The notes beneath the pieces are model-generated. The model ran no database searches. It was not told the DNA's origin and worked only from the letters and a program-made list of their open reading frames with translations. From the IMG/VR virus record IMGVR_UViG_3300002103_000012, positions 1-37,098 of that record: a DNA stretch of 37,098 nt; one strand, written 5' to 3'. The DNA comes from a virus. Its lineage: Duplodnaviria > Caudoviricetes. A program made the translations under genes and the position numbers. Below, one piece after another: positions 29,329-37,098 of this stretch; the stretch's first letter is position 1; each line of letters opens with the position of its first letter.

Positions 29329-30348
29329 ATGTTAATGAATGAAATTCAGAATATTGATACATTGACAGTTGAAATACTAATTTTGAAACAACAAACAGCT
29401 CAAAATATTATTGAAATTGGTAAAAGACTGGTGGCAGTTAAAGAAAGTTTACCTCATGGCGAGTTTGGAAGTTATTTAAAAGAAAAAGTAGCATTTTCAG
29501 AAAGAACAGCTCAAAATTTTATGAAAGTAGCAAGAGAATTTTCAAATACGAAAGCGCTTGCGGATTTGGAGCCTACTAAGGTTTACGCACTTTTGGACTT
29601 ACCCATCGAAGAGCGTGAAGAATTTGTTTCTGTACCTCATGAAATTAATGGACAAGTAAAAACAGTAGAGGAAATGACAACACGAGAACTTCAAAAAACA
29701 ATAAAAGAAAGAGATGCTGCTCTTAAAACTTTAGAATCTGCAAAGAAGATTGCGATTGAAAAATCAGAAGAAGCTAAAAAAAATCTTGATGAAAGATTTG
29801 AAGTAGAGTCAAAACTGAGAACTATAGATAAGGTTCTCAGAGATACCCAAATGAAATTTAAAAGTTTGGAAAATGCTCTACAAATAGAAAAAGATAATTT
29901 AAAAAAAGAGAAAGAAAATTCTAAAGAAGAAATTGCAAAACTTCAATCATTTATTGGAGAGGCTAAAGCTGATGGAAACAATGAAGAGGTTGAGAGACTC
30001 CAGGCATCACTTTCAGAGATACAAGGGGATTTAGATAGTTCAGCTTTGAAAATTGATGAACTGGAAGCTCAGTTGAAAGAAAAACCAGTTGATGTCACTG
30101 AAACAATTGTTGAAGTTGAAAAGATACCTGATGAAATAGCAAAGGAACTTCAAAATCTTAGAGAAAAAGATAGCCAAAATAGTGATCAATCAGTTATTAA
30201 ATTTAAGCGTTATTATGAAAATCTTCAAAGCGCGTTTACATCACAGTTGGAATTGATTGATGAAATCAAGGATAGTAACCCTAAAAATCATGAAAAATTT
30301 AAAAACGCTATTTCAAAATTGATAAGCAAAATGTCAGAAAGGTTGTAA
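29329..30348 (+). CDS. DUF3102-domain protein with coiled coil
   Basis: IIEIGKRL..VKE.LPHGEF, FSERTAQNFM. Confidence 0.88.
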   Translation: MLMNEIQNIDTLTVEILILKQQTAQNIIEIGKRLVAVKESLPHGEFGSYLKEKVAFSERTAQNFMKVAREFSNTKALADLEPTKVYALLDLPIEEREEFVSVPHEINGQVKTVEEMTTRELQKTIKERDAALKTLESAKKIAIEKSEEAKKNLDERFEVESKLRTIDKVLRDTQMKFKSLENALQIEKDNLKKEKENSKEEIAKLQSFIGEAKADGNNEEVERLQASLSEIQGDLDSSALKIDELEAQLKEKPVDVTETIVEVEKIPDEIAKELQNLREKDSQNSDQSVIKFKRYYENLQSAFTSQLELIDEIKDSNPKNHEKFKNAISKLISKMSERL

Positions 30349-30400
30349 TAAAGAATATGCAGTAGTTCGGTAATTCCGGACTACTGAAAGGGGTATTAAT

Positions 30401-30553
30401 ATGAAAAAATCAAATATAAGGGTATTACCGCGAGTATGCGGAAATGAAAATTGTAGGGAGTTAATAATGACACCACTTGCAGAACAAATATTAAAAACAA
30501 ATAAAAACAATAACGGATCTATAGAAGTATGTAGTAAGTGTAAAGATAAATAG
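30401..30553 (+). CDS. Small Cys-containing protein, 50 aa (not in ORF track)
   Basis: VCGNENC...VCSKC; RBS AAGGGG. Confidence 0.65.
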   Translation: MKKSNIRVLPRVCGNENCRELIMTPLAEQILKTNKNNNGSIEVCSKCKDK

Positions 30554-30572
30554 GAACTGAAAGGAGAATAAT

Positions 30573-31211
30573 ATGGAAAAACCAATATTATTTAATACAG
30601 CAATGGTACAAGCAATACTTCAGGGTAATAAAACAACTACTAGAAGAATTGTAAGGTCACAGCCAAAGCATAGTGTGGACAATGTATCTATGTATGATGG
30701 AATTGTGTCTTTTAATGAAAAAGAGCTAAGTAGGTTTGATGTATGTGAGTCAACAATTGTAAAAAAACCTTATCAAGTCGGTGACACCATCTGGGTAAGA
30801 GAAACATGGCAAGAGTCAGAGTACTTTGATTATAATATGAAAGACCAATACTGTTATAAAGCCGATAATGCCACTAATGAACATGCTGAACAATTCAATA
30901 TAAAGTGGAGACCATCAATTCATATGCCGAGGGTTGCAGCAAGGTTATTTCTTAAGGTTACTGATGTTAGGGTAGAAAGATTACAGGATATGACTGAGGT
31001 TGGAGCAAAAGCAGAAGGTATAAGAGGGTTCAGCAAAGATGGAGAACTTTATAAATATAGTCATACAGATGAATTTGTTTGGAGAAATGCTCCAAGGACT
31101 GCAACCGAAGCATTTAAAATGCTATGGAATCCTATCTACTCTAAACAAAGTAATGGCTGGAATGAAAATCCTTGGGTGTGGGTTATAGAGTTTGAAAGAG
31201 TGGAGGGATAG
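30573..31211 (+). CDS. ASCH/PUA-like phage protein
   Basis: PILFNTAMVQAIL.G.KT.TRR, WVRETW, WRPSIHMPR, NPWVWVIEF. Confidence 0.85.
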   Translation: MEKPILFNTAMVQAILQGNKTTTRRIVRSQPKHSVDNVSMYDGIVSFNEKELSRFDVCESTIVKKPYQVGDTIWVRETWQESEYFDYNMKDQYCYKADNATNEHAEQFNIKWRPSIHMPRVAARLFLKVTDVRVERLQDMTEVGAKAEGIRGFSKDGELYKYSHTDEFVWRNAPRTATEAFKMLWNPIYSKQSNGWNENPWVWVIEFERVEG

Positions 31212-31214
31212 AGA

Positions 31215-31610
31215 ATGCTATTTACAGATAAAGAAATTAAGGTATATGGGTTAATAGAACCAAATGAAAAGAAGTTAGAAAAAGCTAAAGTAGCTTATAG
31301 AAAATTTGGGTTTACTAGACTAACGTCACTTAAAGGGTTCTATCAATTATTTGGTGAAGAAGTTCAAAAAATTAATATCAATAACATTGATAGTCTTGAA
31401 AAAATGTGTAACAAAATTAAGGCGTATAAAAAATATAGGTTGAAATTAGCGAAGCAAGGTAAGTTGGTAAGTTGCTTTAATTGCATATGGAGAAACCCTG
31501 GTGCTAAAAGTTGTTCTTTATGTAAAGGAATATTTAATGGCAATGTATGTTTAATAAATAAACATGATCACGATAAGTGTGACAACTTTATAAAAAGAGG
31601 TATTTGGTAG
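31215..31610 (+). CDS. Hypothetical protein with Cys-rich C-terminus
   Basis: GGAGG RBS within upstream gene end. Confidence 0.7.
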   Translation: MLFTDKEIKVYGLIEPNEKKLEKAKVAYRKFGFTRLTSLKGFYQLFGEEVQKININNIDSLEKMCNKIKAYKKYRLKLAKQGKLVSCFNCIWRNPGAKSCSLCKGIFNGNVCLINKHDHDKCDNFIKRGIW

Positions 31611-31652
31611 TATGGATTCTGAGAAAAGTACGTAGCACCAGGAGGAAAGAAG

Positions 31653-32468
31653 ATGAAAATAGTAATGAAGAATAAGGTTGTTAATGCAGATTGCTTAGAG
31701 GGTTCTAAATATATAGAGAGCAAAAGCATAGATATGGTATTCTGTGATTTACCTTTTGGAGAAACTCAAAATTCATGGGATAAAATAATTCCTTTTAGTC
31801 AGTTATGGGAAACAATAAATAGAGTAAAAAAGGATAATGCTGCAGTATGTTTATTTGCTAAAGGTAAGTTTGTAGGTCAGTTAATGTGCAGTAATCTTGA
31901 TAGTTATAAATACAAAATAGTTTGCAAGAAAAGACAACCTAAAGGGCATTTAAATGCTAAAAAGATGCCTATGAAAGCTCATGAAGATGTTCTAGTTTTT
32001 TATGATGGATTACCAGATGATGTACTAGTTTTTTATGATAGTCCACCTATGTACAACCCTCAGAAAACTACAGGGCATACACCAGTTCATAACTACACTA
32101 AGCATCAAACTGATGGTAGTAACTATGGTAAAACTAAAATTGGTATCAGTGGAGGTGGGAGTACAGAAAGGTATCCTTTAGATGTCTTAGAATTTGCGTG
32201 GGATACTCACCCTATTCATCCAACTCAGAAGCCTATAGGTCTTTGTGAATGGTTTATTAAAACTTACACTGAGGAAGGTATGACAATCTTAGATTTAACC
32301 GCAGGATATGGGAGCATACCTCTAGCAGCAATAAAAAACAATCGGAATTTTATAGCATTTGATAATGGAATATGTGAAAAGAAAGGTAGTTTCTACGGTA
32401 AATATTGGGCTGACATAGCCACTGAAAGAATAATTGAATATTTATCAAATACTGCAGATGTGATGTGA
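31653..32468 (+). CDS. Orphan DNA methyltransferase (N4C/N6A, beta class)
   Basis: DMVFCDLPFG (motif IV variant), HPTQKP, ILDLTAGYGS (motif I variant). Confidence 0.9.
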   Translation: MKIVMKNKVVNADCLEGSKYIESKSIDMVFCDLPFGETQNSWDKIIPFSQLWETINRVKKDNAAVCLFAKGKFVGQLMCSNLDSYKYKIVCKKRQPKGHLNAKKMPMKAHEDVLVFYDGLPDDVLVFYDSPPMYNPQKTTGHTPVHNYTKHQTDGSNYGKTKIGISGGGSTERYPLDVLEFAWDTHPIHPTQKPIGLCEWFIKTYTEEGMTILDLTAGYGSIPLAAIKNNRNFIAFDNGICEKKGSFYGKYWADIATERIIEYLSNTADVM

Positions 32469-32506
32469 CGTAATTCAAATATATGCCGACAAAAGAAAGG
32501 AGAATT

Positions 32507-32950
32507 ATGAATAAATTTACTGTTATAAAAAATGAAGACATTGAAAAATATTTAGCACCAGTAGATGCTAACGATTTAATCCATTTAATTGAAAGATTGC
32601 GAGTAGCTAAGAATTGTAATAGCGGTATAAAAAAAGAAAATAAATATGCGGTAATAAATCTTGATGAACCTTATGCTAAAGCAATTACAGAAATAATGAA
32701 AAATCATGGGCATTGGGGCGAAGTAGGAAATAGGAATATGGATATAGAAAAAGCAAAAAAACTATGCACCGAACATGATTTATTATCAAAAACAGTTAGG
32801 TTGATAGAGGAAGCAGGTAAAGAAAATCATTGGGTTGCTATAAAAACACCAAGCGGTGAAAGTTATCTTTCTAACAATCAAATAAGAATTGTTTTAGCAG
32901 ATGCAAAGGAAAGAATTGATGAAATAGAAAAAAAACTAAAATCAGTTTAA
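32507..32950 (+). CDS. Hypothetical protein (ORF track start 32483)
   Basis: GAAAGGAG before ATG 32507; NKYAVINLDEPYA. Confidence 0.75.
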   Translation: MNKFTVIKNEDIEKYLAPVDANDLIHLIERLRVAKNCNSGIKKENKYAVINLDEPYAKAITEIMKNHGHWGEVGNRNMDIEKAKKLCTEHDLLSKTVRLIEEAGKENHWVAIKTPSGESYLSNNQIRIVLADAKERIDEIEKKLKSV

Positions 32951-32982
32951 CTACAGAATAACAAGAAAGGCGGTAGTGTAAA

Positions 32983-33108
32983 ATCGAAAAGCGAACTTGT
33001 CAAAAATGTGGAATAGATAATTATTCATCCGATTCTAGTAATGTCTGGGAATGCTGCATATGCAAACAACTAATAAAGAAACCAATAGTATTGCCAATAA
33101 AAAAGTAA
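32983..33108 (+). pseudogene. Zinc-ribbon peptide with ATC in place of start codon (pseudogene or non-canonical start)
   Basis: IEKRTCQKCGIDNYSSDSSNVWECCICKQ...; AAAGGCGG upstream; in-frame stop at 32974. Confidence 0.55.
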
Positions 33109-33220
33109 ATAAAAAGAGAACTGCACACCTACAAAAGTAAACAGTTCTCTTAAATCTCACTTGGAGATATAAATAGTATATCATATATCTCCTCTTTAAC
33201 AAACAAAGGAGGAACATTGT

Positions 33221-34213
33221 ATGTCAATTGCAAACAATGAAATGATAATTAGACTAGTAGGTAAATTAACATTAGAGTTTCCAAATATAAATCAGCTGAG
33301 GGTTAGACAAATTGCGGAAGAAGTATTGTATAGATATGATGTGGTACCACAAGAGGTTGGGCTTACAACAAATATTGATTCAGAAGATAAACTACAGATT
33401 TATTTAGTAGTAAAAAAGTTAGAAGGGTTAAGTATAAGAACATTAAAAAACTATAATCGTGAAATATTAAAATTTGTAAATTATCTTAGAAAGCCTCTTG
33501 TAACTATTACAAGTATGGACCTTAGAATGTACTTAGCGCAAAGATGCAAGAACCTTAAGCCTGGAACAACTAATACACAAATGTATATATTGAGATCATT
33601 TTTTAGTTGGTTATTAGCAGAGGAATACATACCTAAAAATCCTATGCTACAAATAAAGGCAACCAAAGAACCGGGAAGATTAAGGCATGCATTAACTGTA
33701 GACGAAGTAGAAGTTTTAAGACAAAAATGTAAAAACATACGTGAGAAAGCATTGCTTGAGTTTACATACTCCAGTGGGTGCCGATTAAGTGAAATAGTTG
33801 ATATAGATAAAGAAGATATAGATTGGCATAATAAAACATTGAAAGTAATTGGAAAAGGTAATAAAGAAAGAATAGTTTGTTTTAATACAAAAGCTAGATA
33901 TCTGATGAAAGAGTATATATTGTCAAGAGCAGATAATAATGCAGCATTATTTGTTGCTAGTAAAGGCAAACATAATAGGCTAGGTGGAAGAAGTATAGAA
34001 AGAGAAATTAAAAATATTGCTATTAGAGCGGATTTAGGTAAATCAATATACCCACATTTGTTAAGACATAGCATAGCTACTCATTTGCTAGCTGCAGGAA
34101 TGGCATTGCATAATGTACAAGCATTATTAGGACATAGTGATCCTAAGACTACTCAAATTTATGCAGAAACAAGCCTAGAAAATGTTGTTTATGAATACAA
34201 AAGAATTTCTTAA
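33221..34213 (+). CDS. Tyrosine recombinase 2 (XerD/integron-integrase-like size, SAM-like core-binding domain)
   Basis: SGCRLSE, GKGNKER, HLLRHS, LLGHS, TQIYA. Confidence 0.95.
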   Translation: MSIANNEMIIRLVGKLTLEFPNINQLRVRQIAEEVLYRYDVVPQEVGLTTNIDSEDKLQIYLVVKKLEGLSIRTLKNYNREILKFVNYLRKPLVTITSMDLRMYLAQRCKNLKPGTTNTQMYILRSFFSWLLAEEYIPKNPMLQIKATKEPGRLRHALTVDEVEVLRQKCKNIREKALLEFTYSSGCRLSEIVDIDKEDIDWHNKTLKVIGKGNKERIVCFNTKARYLMKEYILSRADNNAALFVASKGKHNRLGGRSIEREIKNIAIRADLGKSIYPHLLRHSIATHLLAAGMALHNVQALLGHSDPKTTQIYAETSLENVVYEYKRIS

Positions 34214-34232
34214 TAAAACTACGGAGGTATAC

Positions 34233-34637
34233 ATGGAGAATTTTGAAAAATTTAAGTTATCGGATAAAATAATAAAGACAATTGAAGAAGATTTAAAATG
34301 CTATCCAGATTGGACCATAAGAATAGAAATGAGTGGGCTTGGAAGTCCTTCGAAATATGGTGTAGACATTCAAAAATCAACAACCTTTGATAGTTATATC
34401 GAGAGAGATTATGAAATTTCAGAGGGGATAAAAAATAAAATAGAGATAATAGATAAGGTAATGGATAGGCTTGGATTAATGAATGGCAGAACTAAGGACT
34501 TAGTAGAATATAGATATTTTCAAGACTACAGCAGGGAACAAGTAATGAAAACATTAGGATTAAGTAAAAGAGGATTTTATGTAGTAAGAGATAGGGCATT
34601 AGAATGTTTTGCAAGAGCAATGGGATATATAAATTAA
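34233..34637 (+). CDS. RinA/ArpU-family late transcriptional activator (ORF track start 34182)
   Basis: IEEDLKCY, LVEYRYF, C-terminal sigma4-like HTH, RALECFA; GGAGG RBS. Confidence 0.8.
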   Translation: MENFEKFKLSDKIIKTIEEDLKCYPDWTIRIEMSGLGSPSKYGVDIQKSTTFDSYIERDYEISEGIKNKIEIIDKVMDRLGLMNGRTKDLVEYRYFQDYSREQVMKTLGLSKRGFYVVRDRALECFARAMGYIN

Positions 34638-34643
34638 AAAAAT

Positions 34644-34698
34644 GGGACATAAGCGGGACAAGTCAGTGGACAAATACGAAACACTAATATATTATTAT
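34644..34698 (+). promoter_or_regulatory. Activator-dependent late promoter
   Basis: GGGACA, GGGACA, TGGACA, GAAACA at 34644, 34655, 34667, 34678, followed by TATTAT; no good -35. Confidence 0.65.
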
Positions 34699-34765
34699 GG
34701 TAATAGCTATAAATGAATGGCGAGCTGGTAAGGAATTATCAGCTAACAATATAATATATTTAACT

Positions 34766-34799
34766 AAAAGACACTCAAAAATAAATGAGTGTCTTTTTT
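34766..34799 (+). terminator. Terminator ~70 bp downstream of late promoter
   Basis: AAAAGACACTCA-loop-TGAGTGTCTTTTTT. Confidence 0.85.
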
Positions 34800-34817
34800 A
34801 TTTGAGAAGGTGAGAAT

Positions 34818-34886
34818 ATGTGTCCTATATGTGGCAATGAATTAGAAAATGGTAAATGTCCAATCTGTGGGTTTATAAGCACATGA
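34818..34886 (+). CDS. 22 aa zinc-ribbon micropeptide
   Basis: MCPICGNELENGKCPICGFIST; RBS GAAGGTG. Confidence 0.55.
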   Translation: MCPICGNELENGKCPICGFIST

Positions 34887-34940
34887 TGTGATTAATAGAG
34901 TAGTTTACTCTAAAAATAAAATATAAGGAGCAATGGGGAT

Positions 34941-35159
34941 ATGCCAAGTATGTATACAAGTTATGGATGTATAGGTTGTAAACGTCAATTAGTTTTAATA
35001 ACAGAAGAAGTAGAGAGCATGAGCAAGGACAAGTATTTAGCATGCCCTTATTGTGGCTGCAGACATATAAAAAAGCAGAGTGCAAATGATAGCTTAAAAG
35101 AATGTATGAAAGAAAGTGCTTATAGAAGGGTTCATGGATCACTGAGGCAGGTGAGATGA
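34941..35159 (+). CDS. Zinc-ribbon protein
   Basis: CIGC...CPYCG; AAGGAG RBS. Confidence 0.8.
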   Translation: MPSMYTSYGCIGCKRQLVLITEEVESMSKDKYLACPYCGCRHIKKQSANDSLKECMKESAYRRVHGSLRQVR

Positions 35160-35163
35160 TGAA

Positions 35164-35784
35164 ATGAGAAAAAAAGGTAAGAACGCAGCTATAGCTATAA
35201 AAGATAGTATAGATGTAAAAAGGATTTGTAATGATTTAAAAATTAGAACACCAAAAGCATATGTAATGTTTATGATTGGGCTTACTACTGGATACAGAGG
35301 TGGTGATCTAATAAAGCTTACAATAGGCGATATAAGAGAAGCTAGTAAAACTGGAGAATTAACTATACTCGAAGAAAAAACAGAAGATACAAGAAAGGTT
35401 CCATTCGAAAGAGTGGTTTTTTTAAGCGATAAATTTAAAACTTTTTTAAGCGATTATGTAAAAGGTAAAAATGATGCAGAATATATTTGCTGGTCACAAA
35501 AGGGAAATGGTATAGGAATGTTAAAAAAACCAATAAGAAGAGATTCATTAGGAAAGATATTTTTAGAATCATGTAAAAGATTAGGAATTGCTAATATATC
35601 TGTAGGGGTACATACTCCAAGAAAAACATATGGCTATAATCAGTATATTACACATGATAAAGATATTAATTTTGTACAAGAACTTTTCGGACATTCTACT
35701 CCTAAAATTACAAGAAACTATATCGGAATTGATGAAGAAATGGCAAAAGAAGCATCAACTACTATGGATAGGTTTGTTAGCTAG
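35164..35784 (+). CDS. Tyrosine recombinase 3 (short, catalytic domain only)
   Basis: TGYRGGD, HTPRKTYG, LFGHS, TRNYIG. Confidence 0.92.
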   Translation: MRKKGKNAAIAIKDSIDVKRICNDLKIRTPKAYVMFMIGLTTGYRGGDLIKLTIGDIREASKTGELTILEEKTEDTRKVPFERVVFLSDKFKTFLSDYVKGKNDAEYICWSQKGNGIGMLKKPIRRDSLGKIFLESCKRLGIANISVGVHTPRKTYGYNQYITHDKDINFVQELFGHSTPKITRNYIGIDEEMAKEASTTMDRFVS

Positions 35785-36002
35785 ATTTGGGAAATATTTA
35801 TTTTTTTTAGCTTCAAATACCACACTTTTTAAAGAACAGTTATTAATGTTAAAAAAAATATAATCTACAAATATATATAACAAAAAATAGAAATACCACA
35901 CTTATACACATAATGAGGGATTATTTTAACAGTAAATGTAAAATATGTAGTGAAAAATATAGAAAAAATCTAGGGAAATAATTAGTTTGGGAAATGATAA
36001 AA

Positions 36003-36040
36003 ATTATCGTAGCACTTTATATTACGAGTGCTACGATAAT
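36003..36040. repeat. Perfect 14-bp inverted repeat (operator-like), second copy at 36195-36230
   Basis: ATTATCGTAGCACT-N10-AGTGCTACGATAAT. Confidence 0.8.
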
Positions 36041-36052
36041 AAGGAGGTAAAT

Positions 36053-36541
36053 ATGGCTAGAAGTGATAGCTTTGAAAGCATTATAGATAGTAACATAGAC
36101 AAGATAGAGGCTTGGATTACAGACAATATGCCTGATAAAGAAATTGCAATAAAATTAGATGTTGCATATTCAACTTATAGGAAATATAAGACGATTAACG
36201 TAGCACTTAGGAGCGTAATTGCTACGGTAAAAGACAAGAAAAATCAAGAGGTTGAAAAAGCCTTATTTAAAAAATGTATTGGATACAAATATACTGAGGA
36301 AGTAGCAACAAAAATCAAAGAAGAAGTTCTTGCACCAGATGGAAAAACAATTTTAGTTAAAGAAAGTGTAGACATAAAAGCAGTAAAGAAATATTCAGGT
36401 CCTGACCTTGGAGCACAAAAGTTCTGGTTAGGTAATAGATCAAGTACTAAGTGGAAAGAAGATCCTCATAAAGTTTCTAATGATAAGAAACTTACTAAGC
36501 TTAAAGAAATAGAAGTTAATGCAAAAGTTGTAGAGTTTTAA
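36053..36541 (+). CDS. HTH DNA-binding protein, terminase-small-subunit-like (ORF track start 35987)
   Basis: DKEIAIKLDVAYSTYRKYK HTH; VEKALFKKCIGY, PDLGAQKFWL.NR; AAGGAGG RBS. Confidence 0.75.
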   Translation: MARSDSFESIIDSNIDKIEAWITDNMPDKEIAIKLDVAYSTYRKYKTINVALRSVIATVKDKKNQEVEKALFKKCIGYKYTEEVATKIKEEVLAPDGKTILVKESVDIKAVKKYSGPDLGAQKFWLGNRSSTKWKEDPHKVSNDKKLTKLKEIEVNAKVVEF

Positions 36542-36542
36542 T

Positions 36543-36998
36543 ATGGCACTAATGAAGTCATGTAACTATGGAGGTTGTAGAGTATTAGTAGTGTATGGTA
36601 CGAACTACTGTGATAAGCATAAGGTAGAGATAGCAGCAGAACATAAGCAAGACTATAAGAACTATAAGGCTAGACGTACAGACAAGAGAGAGGAAGCCTT
36701 CTACAATACCAAGTCATGGGATATAGTGAAGGATATAGCCAAGAGTAAGACTGTGTACATAGATGTGTATGAGTATTATATAGAGGGTAACATAGTTCAA
36801 GGTGATACAGTTCATCATATAGTTTGTGTTAAAGATAGTTGGGATAGTAGATTAGATACTAATAACCTAATCTACTTGACACTTGAAAGTCACGCTATAG
36901 TTCATGCTAAGTACAACAAGAGTGCTAAGAGTAAAGCAGACACACAAAGATTATTATTTAATTTAAAAGATAGGTTTGAAAAAGAATTTAATAATTAA
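36543..36998 (+). CDS. HNH endonuclease (cos-packaging accessory, HK97 gp74-like)
   Basis: C...GC...YCDKH, FYNTKSW, VHHI...NL..L...H..VH; last gene before terS. Confidence 0.88.
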   Translation: MALMKSCNYGGCRVLVVYGTNYCDKHKVEIAAEHKQDYKNYKARRTDKREEAFYNTKSWDIVKDIAKSKTVYIDVYEYYIEGNIVQGDTVHHIVCVKDSWDSRLDTNNLIYLTLESHAIVHAKYNKSAKSKADTQRLLFNLKDRFEKEFNN

Positions 36999-37098
36999 TT
37001 TTATTTTATTCTTTTTTATTATTTTTAATAATTTTATTATTTTTTTTAAAAAAATTAGAAGGGGGGTCAAATAAATTTTGAAAATTTTTGAAAAAGGG

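Larger units (their letters stand above)
1..37098. mobile_element. Complete or near-complete temperate siphophage genome (HK97-like head, cos-type), probably Clostridium host
   Basis: All modules in canonical order; begins just before terS and ends just after HNH; no host genes; attP-like region uninterrupted; low GC and AGGAGG RBSs. Confidence 0.95.

Noticed and set aside
33481-34074. Long antisense ORFs (also 4214-4687, 21060-21467, 24316-24768 and others)
   Set aside because: Opposite well-supported genes, no RBS or motifs
1-37098. tRNA, rRNA, IS elements, introns or inteins
   Set aside because: No cloverleaf, transposase or interrupted core gene seen; terL and capsid have normal lengths

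Overview
The window is an apparently complete ~37.1 kb temperate, low-GC, Clostridium-type siphophage genome with HK97-like head and cos-type packaging. Module order: terS-terL-portal-protease-capsid-neck-tail (with a -1 frameshift chaperone)-TMP-Dit-Tal-tail fibre, a moron, lysis genes, a small regulatory island, intact attP plus integrase/ImmA/repressor-cro switch, early and replication genes, an accessory gene array, a RinA/ArpU-like late activator and HNH. The ends fall where cos is expected. Most notable: (1) three intact tyrosine recombinases; (2) a degenerate 24-bp 8-8-8 dyad motif at three successive gene boundaries upstream of recombinase 2, resembling an integron-like cassette array; (3) the same motif bracketing a 3.1 kb block with the distal tail-fibre module (containing a PHP metallo-phosphoesterase domain) and an independently transcribed membrane-anchored calcineurin-like phosphoesterase, a candidate swappable receptor-enzyme plus exclusion cassette. 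All calls come from reading motifs by eye; no searches were run.
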